29,895 nt of DNA from a virus (lineage: Duplodnaviria; Caudoviricetes): the IMG/VR virus record IMGVR_UViG_3300048857_000030, positions 1-29,895 of that record; one strand, given 5' to 3'. Made by a program: the position numbers and the translations under genes. Position 1 is the stretch's first letter. Each line of letters begins with the position of its first letter. Of this stretch, positions 1 through 8,672 are shown piece after piece. The notes under the pieces are model-generated. The model did no database searches and was not told the origin of the DNA. It saw nothing but the letters and a program-made list of their open reading frames with translations.

Positions 1-252
1 ATGCTCAACCAGAGCCTGGCCGGTGCCTATCGCTGGGGCGTGCCTTACTGGACCGATGAGGAATGGGACGCGATCGCCGATCGGCTCGGCCGGCTCGAAG
101 CGCCGCAGCAGGGCGATCTCGAGGATCATCTGAACCAGATCGCCGTCAAGACCGAACCTGCCGCAGGCGAGAGCGCCGCGGCAGAACAGCAATCGCCGCT
201 CGTCGCTGCCGCCCTCGCGCGCGCGGCCCGGGCAACGCAGCGGAACCGCTAG
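1..252 (+). CDS. Terminase large subunit (lambda gpA-like), C-terminal fragment; gene starts before the window
   Basis: Lies directly upstream of gpW and portal as in lambda; ends in a low-complexity tail. Call is mainly positional. Confidence 0.7.
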   Translation: MLNQSLAGAYRWGVPYWTDEEWDAIADRLGRLEAPQQGDLEDHLNQIAVKTEPAAGESAAAEQQSPLVAAALARAARATQRNR

Positions 253-262
253 GAAGATCCAT

Positions 263-499
263 ATGGCACTGACCGAACAGGAACGCGCCGTGCTTCTGGC
301 ACGGCTCGACGAAGCACGTGAGGCCTTGCACCAGATGGAGATCGGCCGGGCCGAGGTCTCGCTCAGCTATAACGGCGAGAGCGTCACCTATGCCGCGACC
401 AACATCGGCGCTTTGCGCCAGTATGTCCGCGACCTCGAGGCGAAACTCGGCCTTCGCCGCTTCGCCCGGGCGCGCAGCCGTGGAGTGATCTTCGGATGA
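263..499 (+). CDS. Head-tail joining protein, lambda gpW family
   Basis: LDEAREALHQMEIGRAEVSLSYNGESVTY..NIGALRQYVRDLEAKLG parallels gpW ([42 protein letters not shown]); stop overlaps portal start. Confidence 0.9.
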   Translation: MALTEQERAVLLARLDEAREALHQMEIGRAEVSLSYNGESVTYAATNIGALRQYVRDLEAKLGLRRFARARSRGVIFG

Positions 500-2220
500 G
501 CGGCAATGTCACGATCCTCGGCCCCGACGCAAAACCGCTTTCGCCGGCAGTACGTGCGGCTGCGCGCGTGCAGATGGCGAAAAACCGCCTGATGGCGTCT
601 TCGGCCTACCAGGGTGCATCCTACGACCACCCGTCATTTGCCAAGTGGCGGCCGGGCACCTGGTCCGGTCAGTCGGCGCTGACATGGTCGCGCTCCGAGC
701 TCGTCGACCGGCTGAACGACGTGGCACGCAATGACGGCTGGGGTGCAGCCGGCACGTCGCGCCTCGTCGACAACATCATCGGCTCCGGCTGGACACTTGC
801 TGCCCGGCCAAACCACGTCTCGCTCAACATGACGTTTGAGCAGGCCGAAGAGATCGCCGACAAGATCGAGGCCCTGTGGCGCGATTACACGCAGGACGTC
901 GACAAATGGTGCGACGCCGAGCGGACGAAGACCATGGCCGGCGTTCTCGGCCTTGCTGCCCGTCAGCGGTTCGGTCCCGAGGGCGAGGCCTTCGGCGTTA
1001 TCGTCTGGCAGGATCATGCACCGCTGTTCCAGACGGCAATCCATGTCGTCGACCCGGCCCGATGCTCGAACCCGAACGGGCGCATGGACGAGGAGTTCCT
1101 GCGCGACGGCGTCACCATCGACGGTTACGGCGCACCGGTCGGCTACCATTTCCGCAAGTCGCATCCAGGCGAATTCTTCGCCGGGAATACCGGCTTGTGG
1201 CATTGGGAGTATGTCGAGCGGGAGACCGAATGGGGGCGCCCGATCGTCGTGCACGCCTACGAGCAGAAGCGCGCGGGCATGACGCGCGGCGTTTCCGACT
1301 GGGCTCCGATCATGCGGTCGATCAAGCAGTCGACCGACTATGAGGACTATGAGAGCCAGGCGGCAATGCTGAACGCTGTCATGGCCGCCTTCATCGAGAC
1401 GCCCTTCGATCCGGAAGAGATGCTCGAGGCGATGGGCGCGGATTACGGCAACGACGGGATTGCCAAGCTCTTCGGCGAAATGTCGGCCGCGCAGAAAGCC
1501 TATTACGGCGCCGCGCCGATCGATCTGCCCGGCGTCCGCATCAACACGCTGCAGCCCGGCGAAAAAGCGACGCTGACCAAGCCGGAGCATCCGAATGCAA
1601 ACTTCGAGGCTTTCGTCAATGCGGCGCTGCGCAAGGTCGCGAGTGCGATCGGCGTCACCTACGAGCAGCTCACCATGGACTGGAGCCAGGTGAACTATTC
1701 CTCGGCACGCGCTGCGCTCCTCGAGATCTGGCGCGGCTTCACCGCCAAGAAGGGCGGTTTCGCCTCGCAGTTCATGGCGCCGATCTACCGGGCATGGCTC
1801 GAGGAAGTGTTCGACAAGGGCCTGATCGAGCTTCCCGCGGGCGCCGTTCCCTTCGAGCAGAACCCGGCAGCATGGTGCCATGCGGACTGGATCGGCCCCG
1901 GCCGAGGCTGGATCGATCCGCTGCGCGAGGCGCAGGCCGCCAGCGAGCGGCTCGCCGGCAATCTGACCACGCTCCAGCAGGAAGCGGCCGAGCAGGGGCG
2001 GGACTGGAAGATGGATGCGCAGCAGCGCGCCCGCGAACGGGCCTTCTATGAGCGGCTCGGCCTCGATCCCGATCCGGGCAAACCCGAAGCCAGATCGCAG
2101 GCGAGTGCCGCTCCGCCAGCGGAACCCGGCGACGAGACCGAGGAAGAGGTCAACGGCCGGACTTCGGCACGTCGGCATCCCGCCGGCATCCCGAGCATCT
2201 CCAGAAGGAAAACGGTATGA
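496..2220 (+). CDS. Portal protein, lambda gpB family
   Basis: 574 aa with ARNDGW, RGVS, YEQLTMDWSQVNYSSARAALLE and WIGPGRGWIDPLRE, typical of lambda-type portals. Confidence 0.95.
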   Translation: MSGNVTILGPDAKPLSPAVRAAARVQMAKNRLMASSAYQGASYDHPSFAKWRPGTWSGQSALTWSRSELVDRLNDVARNDGWGAAGTSRLVDNIIGSGWTLAARPNHVSLNMTFEQAEEIADKIEALWRDYTQDVDKWCDAERTKTMAGVLGLAARQRFGPEGEAFGVIVWQDHAPLFQTAIHVVDPARCSNPNGRMDEEFLRDGVTIDGYGAPVGYHFRKSHPGEFFAGNTGLWHWEYVERETEWGRPIVVHAYEQKRAGMTRGVSDWAPIMRSIKQSTDYEDYESQAAMLNAVMAAFIETPFDPEEMLEAMGADYGNDGIAKLFGEMSAAQKAYYGAAPIDLPGVRINTLQPGEKATLTKPEHPNANFEAFVNAALRKVASAIGVTYEQLTMDWSQVNYSSARAALLEIWRGFTAKKGGFASQFMAPIYRAWLEEVFDKGLIELPAGAVPFEQNPAAWCHADWIGPGRGWIDPLREAQAASERLAGNLTTLQQEAAEQGRDWKMDAQQRARERAFYERLGLDPDPGKPEARSQASAAPPAEPGDETEEEVNGRTSARRHPAGIPSISRRKTV

Positions 2221-3101
2221 GGAACTATCCCGAAATCGCCAGTCGGATGTTCGGCACGCCGCTGATGCTGCATCCGTCGAAGGGCGACATCATTGCGCGG
2301 GCATTCGGCCCGCGCGTTCTCGGCCAACCGGACGCCACCGCCCATGTTGTCGGCGGCGAACAGATGGGGCTGGTCGGCGATCCAATGGCAGAGTGGGCCG
2401 ACGATCGCGATCTGCGCGAGCAAAACGGCATCGCGTTCATCGATATCGAAGGCTCGCTGGTCAACAAGGGAAAATGGATCGGCAAGTCATCCGGCCTCAC
2501 GAGCTACGAAGGCATCATTTCTCAGGCGAATATGATCGAGAAAGATCCTTCGATCCGTGGTGTGATCTACGAAGTCGATTGCTTCGGAGGCGAAGTGACC
2601 GGCGCGTTTGACTGCGCCGAGCGGCTCTACGAGTTGTCGCAGGTGAAGCCCACGATCGCCGTTCTGACCGATCATGCTTGCTCGGCGGGTTATCTGCTCG
2701 CCTCGGCAGCCCGGCAGCTGGTCATCCCGCAGACCGGCATCTGCGGCTCGATCGGCGTCATCTCGATGCATGTCGACATGAGCGCCTGGCTCGCGAAGGA
2801 AGGCCTGAAGGTCACCATCCTCAAGGCCGGAGCGCATAAAGCCAACTTCAATCCATATGAGGCCATCCCTGACGATGTGCTTCAGCAGGAACTGGCGGAG
2901 CTCGAGGAGCTTCGCGTCGAATTCGCAGCCACCGTCGCGCGGTACCGCGCCGGTCGGCTGACACAGCAATCCGCTCTCGCCACTGAGGCGCGGGTCTACC
3001 GTGGACAAAAGGCGGTGGATGCCGGCCTCGCCGACGCGGTTGCACGCCCTTCGCAGGTTCTCGAAGCCTTCGAAGCTGAACTGGGCCGGACAGCCGGCTA
3101 A
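2217..3101 (+). CDS. Prohead maturation protease, S49 (SppA/gpC-like) family
   Basis: DCFGGEV, ACSAGYLLASAA, GSIGV, AGAHKANFNPY and AVDAGLAD motifs; follows portal. Confidence 0.92.
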   Translation: MRNYPEIASRMFGTPLMLHPSKGDIIARAFGPRVLGQPDATAHVVGGEQMGLVGDPMAEWADDRDLREQNGIAFIDIEGSLVNKGKWIGKSSGLTSYEGIISQANMIEKDPSIRGVIYEVDCFGGEVTGAFDCAERLYELSQVKPTIAVLTDHACSAGYLLASAARQLVIPQTGICGSIGVISMHVDMSAWLAKEGLKVTILKAGAHKANFNPYEAIPDDVLQQELAELEELRVEFAATVARYRAGRLTQQSALATEARVYRGQKAVDAGLADAVARPSQVLEAFEAELGRTAG

Positions 3102-3126
3102 CCCCAACATCAACTGGAGACGACGA

Positions 3127-3678
3127 ATGTCGAACTTGACGCGTAGCAGCGCGCTCACGCGGAGCGTGCTCGCCGCCATTAGCGGCAGGAAGGGCTCCCG
3201 GCTGGAAGACGAGCGGCCGGAAGAGATCGAAGACGAAGAGAAGGTCGAAGAAACCGAGGACGATACCTCGGCCGAAGACGACGTCTCGGACACGGACGGT
3301 GACGCGTCCGACGACGACACCAGCGCCGAAAGCGAGGAAGAAGAGACCGGCGAGGGCAAGACCTCGGCCAGTTCGATCCGCCGCGCCGAGCAGGGACGCA
3401 TCCGCTCGATCCTCATGCACCCGAAGGCGGAGAGCAATCCGGGCCTCGCCGCGGAGCTTGCCTTCGGCTCGAGGTTCTATTCGGCCAAGGAAGCGGGAGC
3501 GCTTCTCTCCTCCGCTTCCGCCGGCGGCTCACGCCTTGCCGGTCGCATGGCCGGAAAGAGCCCGACGCTTGGCGCCGGTACACCGGGCGGCGGCAAGGCC
3601 ACCGAAAAACAGGCGGTGATCTCCACCGTCCACTCCACCATCCTGGCCCGTCACGGCCGTAACCGGAAGGATTCCTGA
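3127..3678 (+). CDS. Capsid scaffolding protein (Nu3-like), encoded as its own gene
   Basis: ATG 3127 with GGAGA RBS; acidic N-half, then AEQGRIRSILMHPKAESNPGLAAELA resembling lambda Nu3 AENSRIMGILNCEEAHGREEQARVLA. Confidence 0.7.
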   Translation: MSNLTRSSALTRSVLAAISGRKGSRLEDERPEEIEDEEKVEETEDDTSAEDDVSDTDGDASDDDTSAESEEEETGEGKTSASSIRRAEQGRIRSILMHPKAESNPGLAAELAFGSRFYSAKEAGALLSSASAGGSRLAGRMAGKSPTLGAGTPGGGKATEKQAVISTVHSTILARHGRNRKDS

Positions 3679-3680
3679 TC

Positions 3681-4037
3681 ATGGGAGAAGCCACCTTCGC
3701 CCCGAACGACCTGCTCGTTTCCGACGTGCCGGTCATCACCCGCAACATCACCATTGTCAGCGGGCAGAACCTCAAGCGTGGTGCCGTTCTCGGCAATGTC
3801 ACCGCTTCGGACAAATACATCCTGTCCGCGTCTGCTGCGGCCGACGGTTCCGAAGAGCCGTCTCTTGTCCTCGCCTTCGACGTGGACGCATCCGCCGGCG
3901 ACGTCGTTGCCGCCGCCTACGCAAGCGGCGCCTTCGATTCGACGAAACTCATCCTTGGCGCCGGACACACGGCCGCAACCGTCGAGGCCGCTTTCCGCAA
4001 GGCAGGCGCTCCCCTCTACGTGCGCGTCCTGAAGTAA
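3681..4037 (+). CDS. Head decoration protein (gpD-like)
   Basis: 118 aa just before the capsid gene; GQNLKRGAVLG..SAAADGSEEPSLVLAFDVDAS pattern. Confidence 0.85.
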   Translation: MGEATFAPNDLLVSDVPVITRNITIVSGQNLKRGAVLGNVTASDKYILSASAAADGSEEPSLVLAFDVDASAGDVVAAAYASGAFDSTKLILGAGHTAATVEAAFRKAGAPLYVRVLK

Positions 4038-4062
4038 GGCAGAGACCGAAAGGCACCCGAAC

Positions 4063-5094
4063 ATGGAAGAATTGCTCCTCTCCACCGCAGAACTCGTCGC
4101 GGTTCTGCCGCCTCGCGACCGCCCGGAAGCATTCCTGCGCGATCGCTATTTCTCGACCACGGTCCTTTCCGACATGGAAGAGATCGTCTTCGACAAGATC
4201 CTGCCGGATCGCGAACTTGCTCCATTCGTCCACCCGGACGTGCCGGGCAAGGACTCGACCAACCGCGGCTTCAAGGCGACCAGCTTCACGCCGGCCTACG
4301 TCAAGCCGCAGAATACGCTTCGCCCGCGCGGCAACATGATCCGCATGCCGGGCGAGCCGATCGGCGGCCGCAACTCGCCGGCGCAGCGCTACGCCTATAA
4401 CCTGGCGACGATCATCGACGACCAGGACCAGCGGATCACCCGGCGCGAAGAATTCATGTGCTCGCAGGTTATCCGCACCGGCCAGGTGATCGTCGAGGGC
4501 GAGGATTATCCGACGCAGACGGTCAACTTCGGTCGCAACCCAGCGCTGACGATCGCACTCGCCGGTGCAGCCCGGTGGGGCGAAGTCGGCGTCGATCCGA
4601 TGGACGATGTCGAGGCGTGGACGCAGCTCCTCTCCGATACCAGCGGCTTCACCGCTCGCGAGGTCCTGCTCGGACCGGGTGCTGCGGGTCTCCTGAAGAA
4701 GTCGCTGCGGTTCCTCGAGGCGCTCGACAACCGGCGCCAGGACGGTGGCATCATGCAGCTGGGGCCGGTCAGCACTGGCGCGGAGAACAAGTACTACGCG
4801 GTTCTCGGCACCATCGGCGAACTGACCTTCATCCAGTATTCGCAGCCCTACACCGTCGGCGGGGTGCGCAACAACTTCTGGCCGTCCATGGGCGTCGGGA
4901 TCTTCGATCCCTTCGGCTTCCAAGGCCATTTCGCCTACGGCGCCATCCTCGACAACGACGCCCTCCTGTCGATGGAGCGCTTCCCCGACATGTGGCGGGA
5001 ACGGAACCCGTCGCGAACCATCGTTCAGACGCAGGCAGCACCGCTTCCGATCGCTCCGGAGCCGGACGCCAGCTTGTTCGCACTGGTTCGCTGA
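4063..5094 (+). CDS. Major capsid protein, lambda gpE family
   Basis: LAPFVHPDVPG, FTPAYVKP, RMPGEPIG, ITRREEFMCSQVIRTG, YGAILD and QTQAAPLP match gpE-type capsids. Confidence 0.95.
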   Translation: MEELLLSTAELVAVLPPRDRPEAFLRDRYFSTTVLSDMEEIVFDKILPDRELAPFVHPDVPGKDSTNRGFKATSFTPAYVKPQNTLRPRGNMIRMPGEPIGGRNSPAQRYAYNLATIIDDQDQRITRREEFMCSQVIRTGQVIVEGEDYPTQTVNFGRNPALTIALAGAARWGEVGVDPMDDVEAWTQLLSDTSGFTAREVLLGPGAAGLLKKSLRFLEALDNRRQDGGIMQLGPVSTGAENKYYAVLGTIGELTFIQYSQPYTVGGVRNNFWPSMGVGIFDPFGFQGHFAYGAILDNDALLSMERFPDMWRERNPSRTIVQTQAAPLPIAPEPDASLFALVR

Positions 5095-5119
5095 TCCCTT
5101 CCAACCCCGCATTCGTCCA

Positions 5120-5148
5120 ATATCCGCCGGTTTCCCGCCGGCGGATAT
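5120..5148 (+). other. Perfect 11-bp stem-loop after the major capsid gene (mRNA stabiliser or partial terminator)
   Basis: ATATCCGCCGG (5120-5130), 7-nt loop, CCGGCGGATAT (5138-5148); no strong U-tract. Confidence 0.6.
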
Positions 5149-5171
5149 CGGGACTTTGAAAGGATGCTCCG

Positions 5172-5570
5172 ATGAGCAAGAAAACAGAGCAGTTCAATGT
5201 GACCGTCAAGGTCGGCAAGAAATCCTATGCGCCCGGCGAGCCCGTTCCGGTCGGTACCGGCGGGATCACGGCCGAGGAGGCGGATAATTTCCGCAAAAAT
5301 TTCGGCGCCTTTACCGCCGGTTCCGATGCCAAGGCCGGTCCCGGCTCTATCGACCTCGAGAAGCTTCGCGAGGCGCTGGAGAAGCTTTCAACGGACAACG
5401 ACAAGCTCTCGGCCGACAATGACCGGCTGACGGCGGAGCGTGACAGCGCAATCGGCGATCGCGACGCACTGCTGAAGCAGAACGAACAGCTTGAGACCGA
5501 CACCGCGACGCTGGCCGCCGAGATCGCCAAGCTTCAGGCCGAGATCGAAAAGCTCAAGGCTCCGAAATGA
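5172..5570 (+). CDS. Phage coiled-coil protein at the lambda FI position
   Basis: GAAAGGA RBS; short N-terminal beta domain followed by a heptad-rich C-half. Confidence 0.65.
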   Translation: MSKKTEQFNVTVKVGKKSYAPGEPVPVGTGGITAEEADNFRKNFGAFTAGSDAKAGPGSIDLEKLREALEKLSTDNDKLSADNDRLTAERDSAIGDRDALLKQNEQLETDTATLAAEIAKLQAEIEKLKAPK

Positions 5571-5893
5571 CCCCGCGGCCCGCCATGTTCGAACGGATGG
5601 GGCCGAAGTTCGCCAAGGCCTTCGGCAATGCCGACGCCGTGTTCACGGTCGACGGCGTCGCCATGCCTGCCGTGCGGGTCATCCTGCGAGTGTGGCGGGA
5701 AACCGATCTGGCGGAGGAGCAGGAGCAGGCGGTCGAAGGCACCACCCATCTGCTTGCCGTGTCCGCTTCCGCGGTACCAGGTCTCACCAGCCAGCGTGAC
5801 AGCGTGGCGATCGGCGGCGTCACCTACCAGGTCATCAACATCGACGACGATGCGCGTGCCATGCTCCGCATCTCGCTTGCCGGAGACATCTGA
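5567..5893 (+). CDS. Head-tail joining / head closure protein (gpFII-like)
   Basis: 108 aa, beta-rich, ending RDSVAIGGVTYQVINIDDD..MLRISL; 4-bp overlap with the upstream gene. Confidence 0.7.
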   Translation: MTPRPAMFERMGPKFAKAFGNADAVFTVDGVAMPAVRVILRVWRETDLAEEQEQAVEGTTHLLAVSASAVPGLTSQRDSVAIGGVTYQVINIDDDARAMLRISLAGDI

Positions 5894-5895
5894 AC

Positions 5896-6192
5896 ATGAA
5901 GACACAGGAACAGGAGCAGGCTCCGGCCGCCGCGGTCGACCCGATGGCGGACCTCTGCGCCACGCTGTTTTCGACCGAAGAGAGCGCCAAGAAGAAAGCC
6001 GCGCGCCAGACCGTCGGGGCCATGACGCAGCGGCCGTGGCCGCAATTGCCGTCGCGGCTCCGCTCGGCGATCCGCTCCGACATCGGTCGCCAGTTGGACA
6101 GCGGCATAGGCCGCGCCCAGATCCTCGAGGCCGGCTATTCCGCCTCGGTGCTGAACCAGGCGCTTCGCGACCTCGGTCGCTCGGCCGCCTGA
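5896..6192 (+). CDS. Hypothetical phage protein in the neck region
   Basis: Tightly coupled to both neighbours; no recognisable motif. Confidence 0.65.
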   Translation: MKTQEQEQAPAAAVDPMADLCATLFSTEESAKKKAARQTVGAMTQRPWPQLPSRLRSAIRSDIGRQLDSGIGRAQILEAGYSASVLNQALRDLGRSAA

Positions 6193-6656
6193 TGTCGCAT
6201 CTTCGCAGCCAGATTTTCGCGGCTGTCGTCGCGCGCCTCTCCGCCATTCCGGAGTTCTCCGGTGCGGACAAGGTGAAGCGCGGCCGTAAGGGCGCCATCC
6301 CGCAGGAGAAGCTGCCGGCATTGACGGTTACCTGGGCCGACAGATCGGAGACGTTGACGGTCCGGCCCTCATCGGGGCCTGCCGGCGAGGACGGCTACGA
6401 CCGGTCCCTGCCGCTCTCGATCGTCGTGCACTTGCGGGACGATGAGCCGGAAGAGGAATTCGACCGGCTTTGCGTTCTGATCGAGGCCGCGATGGCCTCG
6501 GACATCACCTTCGGCGGCCTTGCCATCGAAGCCCTGTTGCAGACCGAGCAGTATTTCGTCAACCCGCAAACCGGCATCTCCCTGCTTGCCGGTTCGCTCA
6601 ACTACCAGATCGCCTACAAGACGCTCGCCGCCAATCCGGAACAGGCTGCGCTGTAG
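6192..6656 (+). CDS. Tail terminator / minor tail protein (gpU-like position)
   Basis: True start is ATG 6192 (TGATG overlap) inside the longer tracked ORF; MSHLRSQIFAAVVARL..LPALTV..FDRLCVLIEAAM; precedes tail tube. Confidence 0.7.
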   Translation: MSHLRSQIFAAVVARLSAIPEFSGADKVKRGRKGAIPQEKLPALTVTWADRSETLTVRPSSGPAGEDGYDRSLPLSIVVHLRDDEPEEEFDRLCVLIEAAMASDITFGGLAIEALLQTEQYFVNPQTGISLLAGSLNYQIAYKTLAANPEQAAL

Positions 6657-6691
6657 CGCCACCACTCCCACCAGCAAAAGAGGACTTTGCC

Positions 6692-7102
6692 ATGGCTCTC
6701 GGCCGTCAGCTTACGCTTGCCCGCTCCGACGGTGCAGGCGCCTTCGTTTTGGCCTGCATTACCGAACAGCGATCCCTCGAGATCAACAACGAGGAAATCG
6801 ATATCACCAAGCCGAGCTGCACCGATCCCGGCAGCAAGCTCACGCTGGCGCTGATGTACGGCATCCAGTCCATCCGCTTCAGCGGGCAGGGCGCCTTCGT
6901 CGATACCGTCACGATGAAGGCGGTAACCGCCGACGCCGTCAACCAGGTCATCACCGAGTATCAGGTCACGGTGCCCGGCGTCGGCACTTTCGAGGGCGAC
7001 ATGCTCGTCTCGATGACCTTCTCCGGAGACAAGACTAACGAGCTGCAGGCGGACATCCGCTGCGCCATGACCGGCGCTCTCACCTTTGTGCCGGCCGTCT
7101 AA
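6692..7102 (+). CDS. Major tail tube protein (TP901-1/GTA gp9-like)
   Basis: ATG 6692 after GAGGA; RSLEINNEEIDIT..GIQSIRFSGQGAF..VPGVGTFEGDMLV. Confidence 0.85.
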   Translation: MALGRQLTLARSDGAGAFVLACITEQRSLEINNEEIDITKPSCTDPGSKLTLALMYGIQSIRFSGQGAFVDTVTMKAVTADAVNQVITEYQVTVPGVGTFEGDMLVSMTFSGDKTNELQADIRCAMTGALTFVPAV

Positions 7103-7114
7103 CCGGAGAGTTCC

Positions 7115-7516
7115 ATGAAGCATGCAAACCCATTGCGCGGCGAGGCGAATGTTCGCATTGGTGCGATAAAATTCCGGATCGCCGTGACCTTCTCCGGGCT
7201 CGCTCGCCTTTCAGACGCGATCGGCGCCCGCACGCTCGACGAGCTCTACGGCCGCCTCCTCGGTTTCGAGCCGAAGGCGGTCGCCTGCGCCGTACGCTGC
7301 CTTATCGTGGCGGACGACGAGGATCAGATCTCGGCGCTATCGGCGAAGATCCTCGACGATGGCAATATCTCGGCGGCCGACCAGCTCGCCTGGCGCGAGG
7401 CGGTCGAGAAGGCACTGTCCGCGCACATCGCTGCCGGGACGATGCGGCGGGACGAGCGGACTGCCTCACAAATCGCCGGAGACGCCGTCCTGGGAAAGCC
7501 CGTCAGCCCCTCCTGA
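7115..7516 (+). CDS. Tail assembly chaperone (G-like; GTA gp10-like)
   Basis: ANPLRGEA start; follows tail tube; carries the in-frame slippery site G GGA AAG near its 3' end. Confidence 0.85.
   Translation: MKHANPLRGEANVRIGAIKFRIAVTFSGLARLSDAIGARTLDELYGRLLGFEPKAVACAVRCLIVADDEDQISALSAKILDDGNISAADQLAWREAVEKALSAHIAAGTMRRDERTASQIAGDAVLGKPVSPS
7492..7498 (+). promoter_or_regulatory. Programmed -1 ribosomal frameshift site GGGAAAG
   Basis: Read as ctG GGA AAG in the chaperone frame, the same heptamer and phase as lambda G/T; the -1 frame stays open to 7758. Confidence 0.85.
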
Positions 7517-7758
7517 TCAAGGATCATCTCAAGGCGTTGTACCGTATCGCCACGAACCCGAAGATGCTCGGCTGGTCGCCGGAGACCTTCTGGAAGGCGA
7601 CGGCGGCGGAATTCGAGATGACCGTGGAGGGGCTTTCCGGGAACGTTCGTGGCGGGCCGTTTATTTCCCGCGAGGAAGTTCGGCGCATTGCTGCAGAGCA
7701 TGGTGTCCGGCCTTCGCTCAAGGGCAATCCGAATGCGAAGAAGATCGGGGGTGGGTAG
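7498..7758 (+). CDS. Tail assembly chaperone T-like extension, expressed as a G-T frameshift fusion (~214 aa)
   Basis: The -1 frame reads ARQPLLIKDHLKALYRIATNPKMLGWSPETFWKATAAE; GWSP..FW is typical of T segments; no good independent start. Confidence 0.8.
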   Translation, partial: ARQPLLIKDHLKALYRIATNPKMLGWSPETFWKATAAEFEMTVEGLSGNVRGGPFISREEVRRIAAEHGVRPSLKGNPNAKKIGGG

Positions 7759-7803
7759 TCCGATCTGACGAGATCAACCCACCCCTGGACGACGCGCCCG
7801 GGC

Positions 7804-8073
7804 TCAGAAATCGAAAAGCTCGCCTAGCAGCGACTTTTTCTTATGGGGACGATGAGAGCCATATTTGCGGTCATCATCTCTGTACTTTGACTCTTCACGG
7901 TGTTGAGTGCGCTCGACAAATCTTGGCTGCGGTTCTTCAGCAGCGGAGCGCTCGATGATCTTGTCGAGCTCGCCCCTGTCCAACCAGACTCCCCGGCATT
8001 TCGGGCAATAGTCGATTTCGATGCCTTGACGCTCGGACATCGTAAGTTCGATATCGTCGACGGGACATTTCAT
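7804..8073 (-). CDS. Small zinc-ribbon protein (zf-TFIIB-like), moron
   Basis: ATG 8073 after GAAGGA; MKCPVD..ERQGIEIDYCPKCRGVWLDRGELDKII and C-terminal KKKSLLGELFDF. Confidence 0.85.
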   Translation of the reverse strand: MKCPVDDIELTMSERQGIEIDYCPKCRGVWLDRGELDKIIERSAAEEPQPRFVERTQHREESKYRDDDRKYGSHRPHKKKSLLGELFDF

Positions 8074-8220
8074 GACAGATCCTTCCGTTTTGGTGCGGCT
8101 CGATGTAGTTGGGGTCCTTCTCCGATCAATCAAGCATTTGCTCAAAATACTTCGATCCCTCTCCGACGCATGCTTTGAGGGATATGCCTTCGGATGGCCT
8201 GTCAGCGTGAGCCGTGGCGA

Positions 8221-8613
8221 TCAGAAGATCTCCTTCGTTCCATCCTCATAGAGGACAGCGAAAACGCAGACGTGCGTTTCTACGTCCTGTTTCCTCAGCT
8301 TAAGGAGCCGATCGAAATGCGCCGGAGCCGGTCTCATTAATCGGGTGTAGATTCCTCCGACGGGGATGTGAGCGTCACGCTCAACGGGTAGAGAACCGAT
8401 TTCTTCGTCGAGCGCATCGCGGAAATACACGAGCGCCTCGATAATCCGAATAGGCTTCGTGGCCGCAGACCTAAGGTCCATGCTGACCTCAACTCTGCGC
8501 GCGGCCATCGGCTTTGCCGACCAGCCTTCGACGTTCAAAAGCTCTTTATTGCACCCCGCCGAAGCCTCTCCGGCAACCGCGCCAAGGATAATCGCTAACA
8601 AAGACCTGAGCAT
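8221..8613 (-). CDS. Exported/periplasmic hypothetical protein, moron
   Basis: ATG 8613 after AAGGGAGG; signal-peptide-like MLRSLLAIILGAVAGEASA; two Cys; ends VLYEDGTKEIF. Confidence 0.7.
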   Translation of the reverse strand: MLRSLLAIILGAVAGEASAGCNKELLNVEGWSAKPMAARRVEVSMDLRSAATKPIRIIEALVYFRDALDEEIGSLPVERDAHIPVGGIYTRLMRPAPAHFDRLLKLRKQDVETHVCVFAVLYEDGTKEIF

Positions 8614-8672
8614 GCCCCCTCCCTTTCGCGGCGGAGCGTAGCTCTTTTTCTGTTTTCCGCAACGAGGCACCG

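Noticed and set aside
634-2178. 514-aa antisense ORF over the portal (likewise 2487..3437, 3949..5112 and 12533..15127)
   Set aside because: Shadow ORFs of GC-rich coding strands; no motifs, and they largely or wholly overlap well-supported genes.
5628-6191. N-terminal extension making a 342-aa ORF
   Set aside because: Overlaps two coupled genes; the real start is the TGATG-coupled ATG at 6192. Similar over-extended starts were trimmed for the ORFs tracked from 3001, 6470, 12062, 16719, 17882, 18189, 20180 and 21421.
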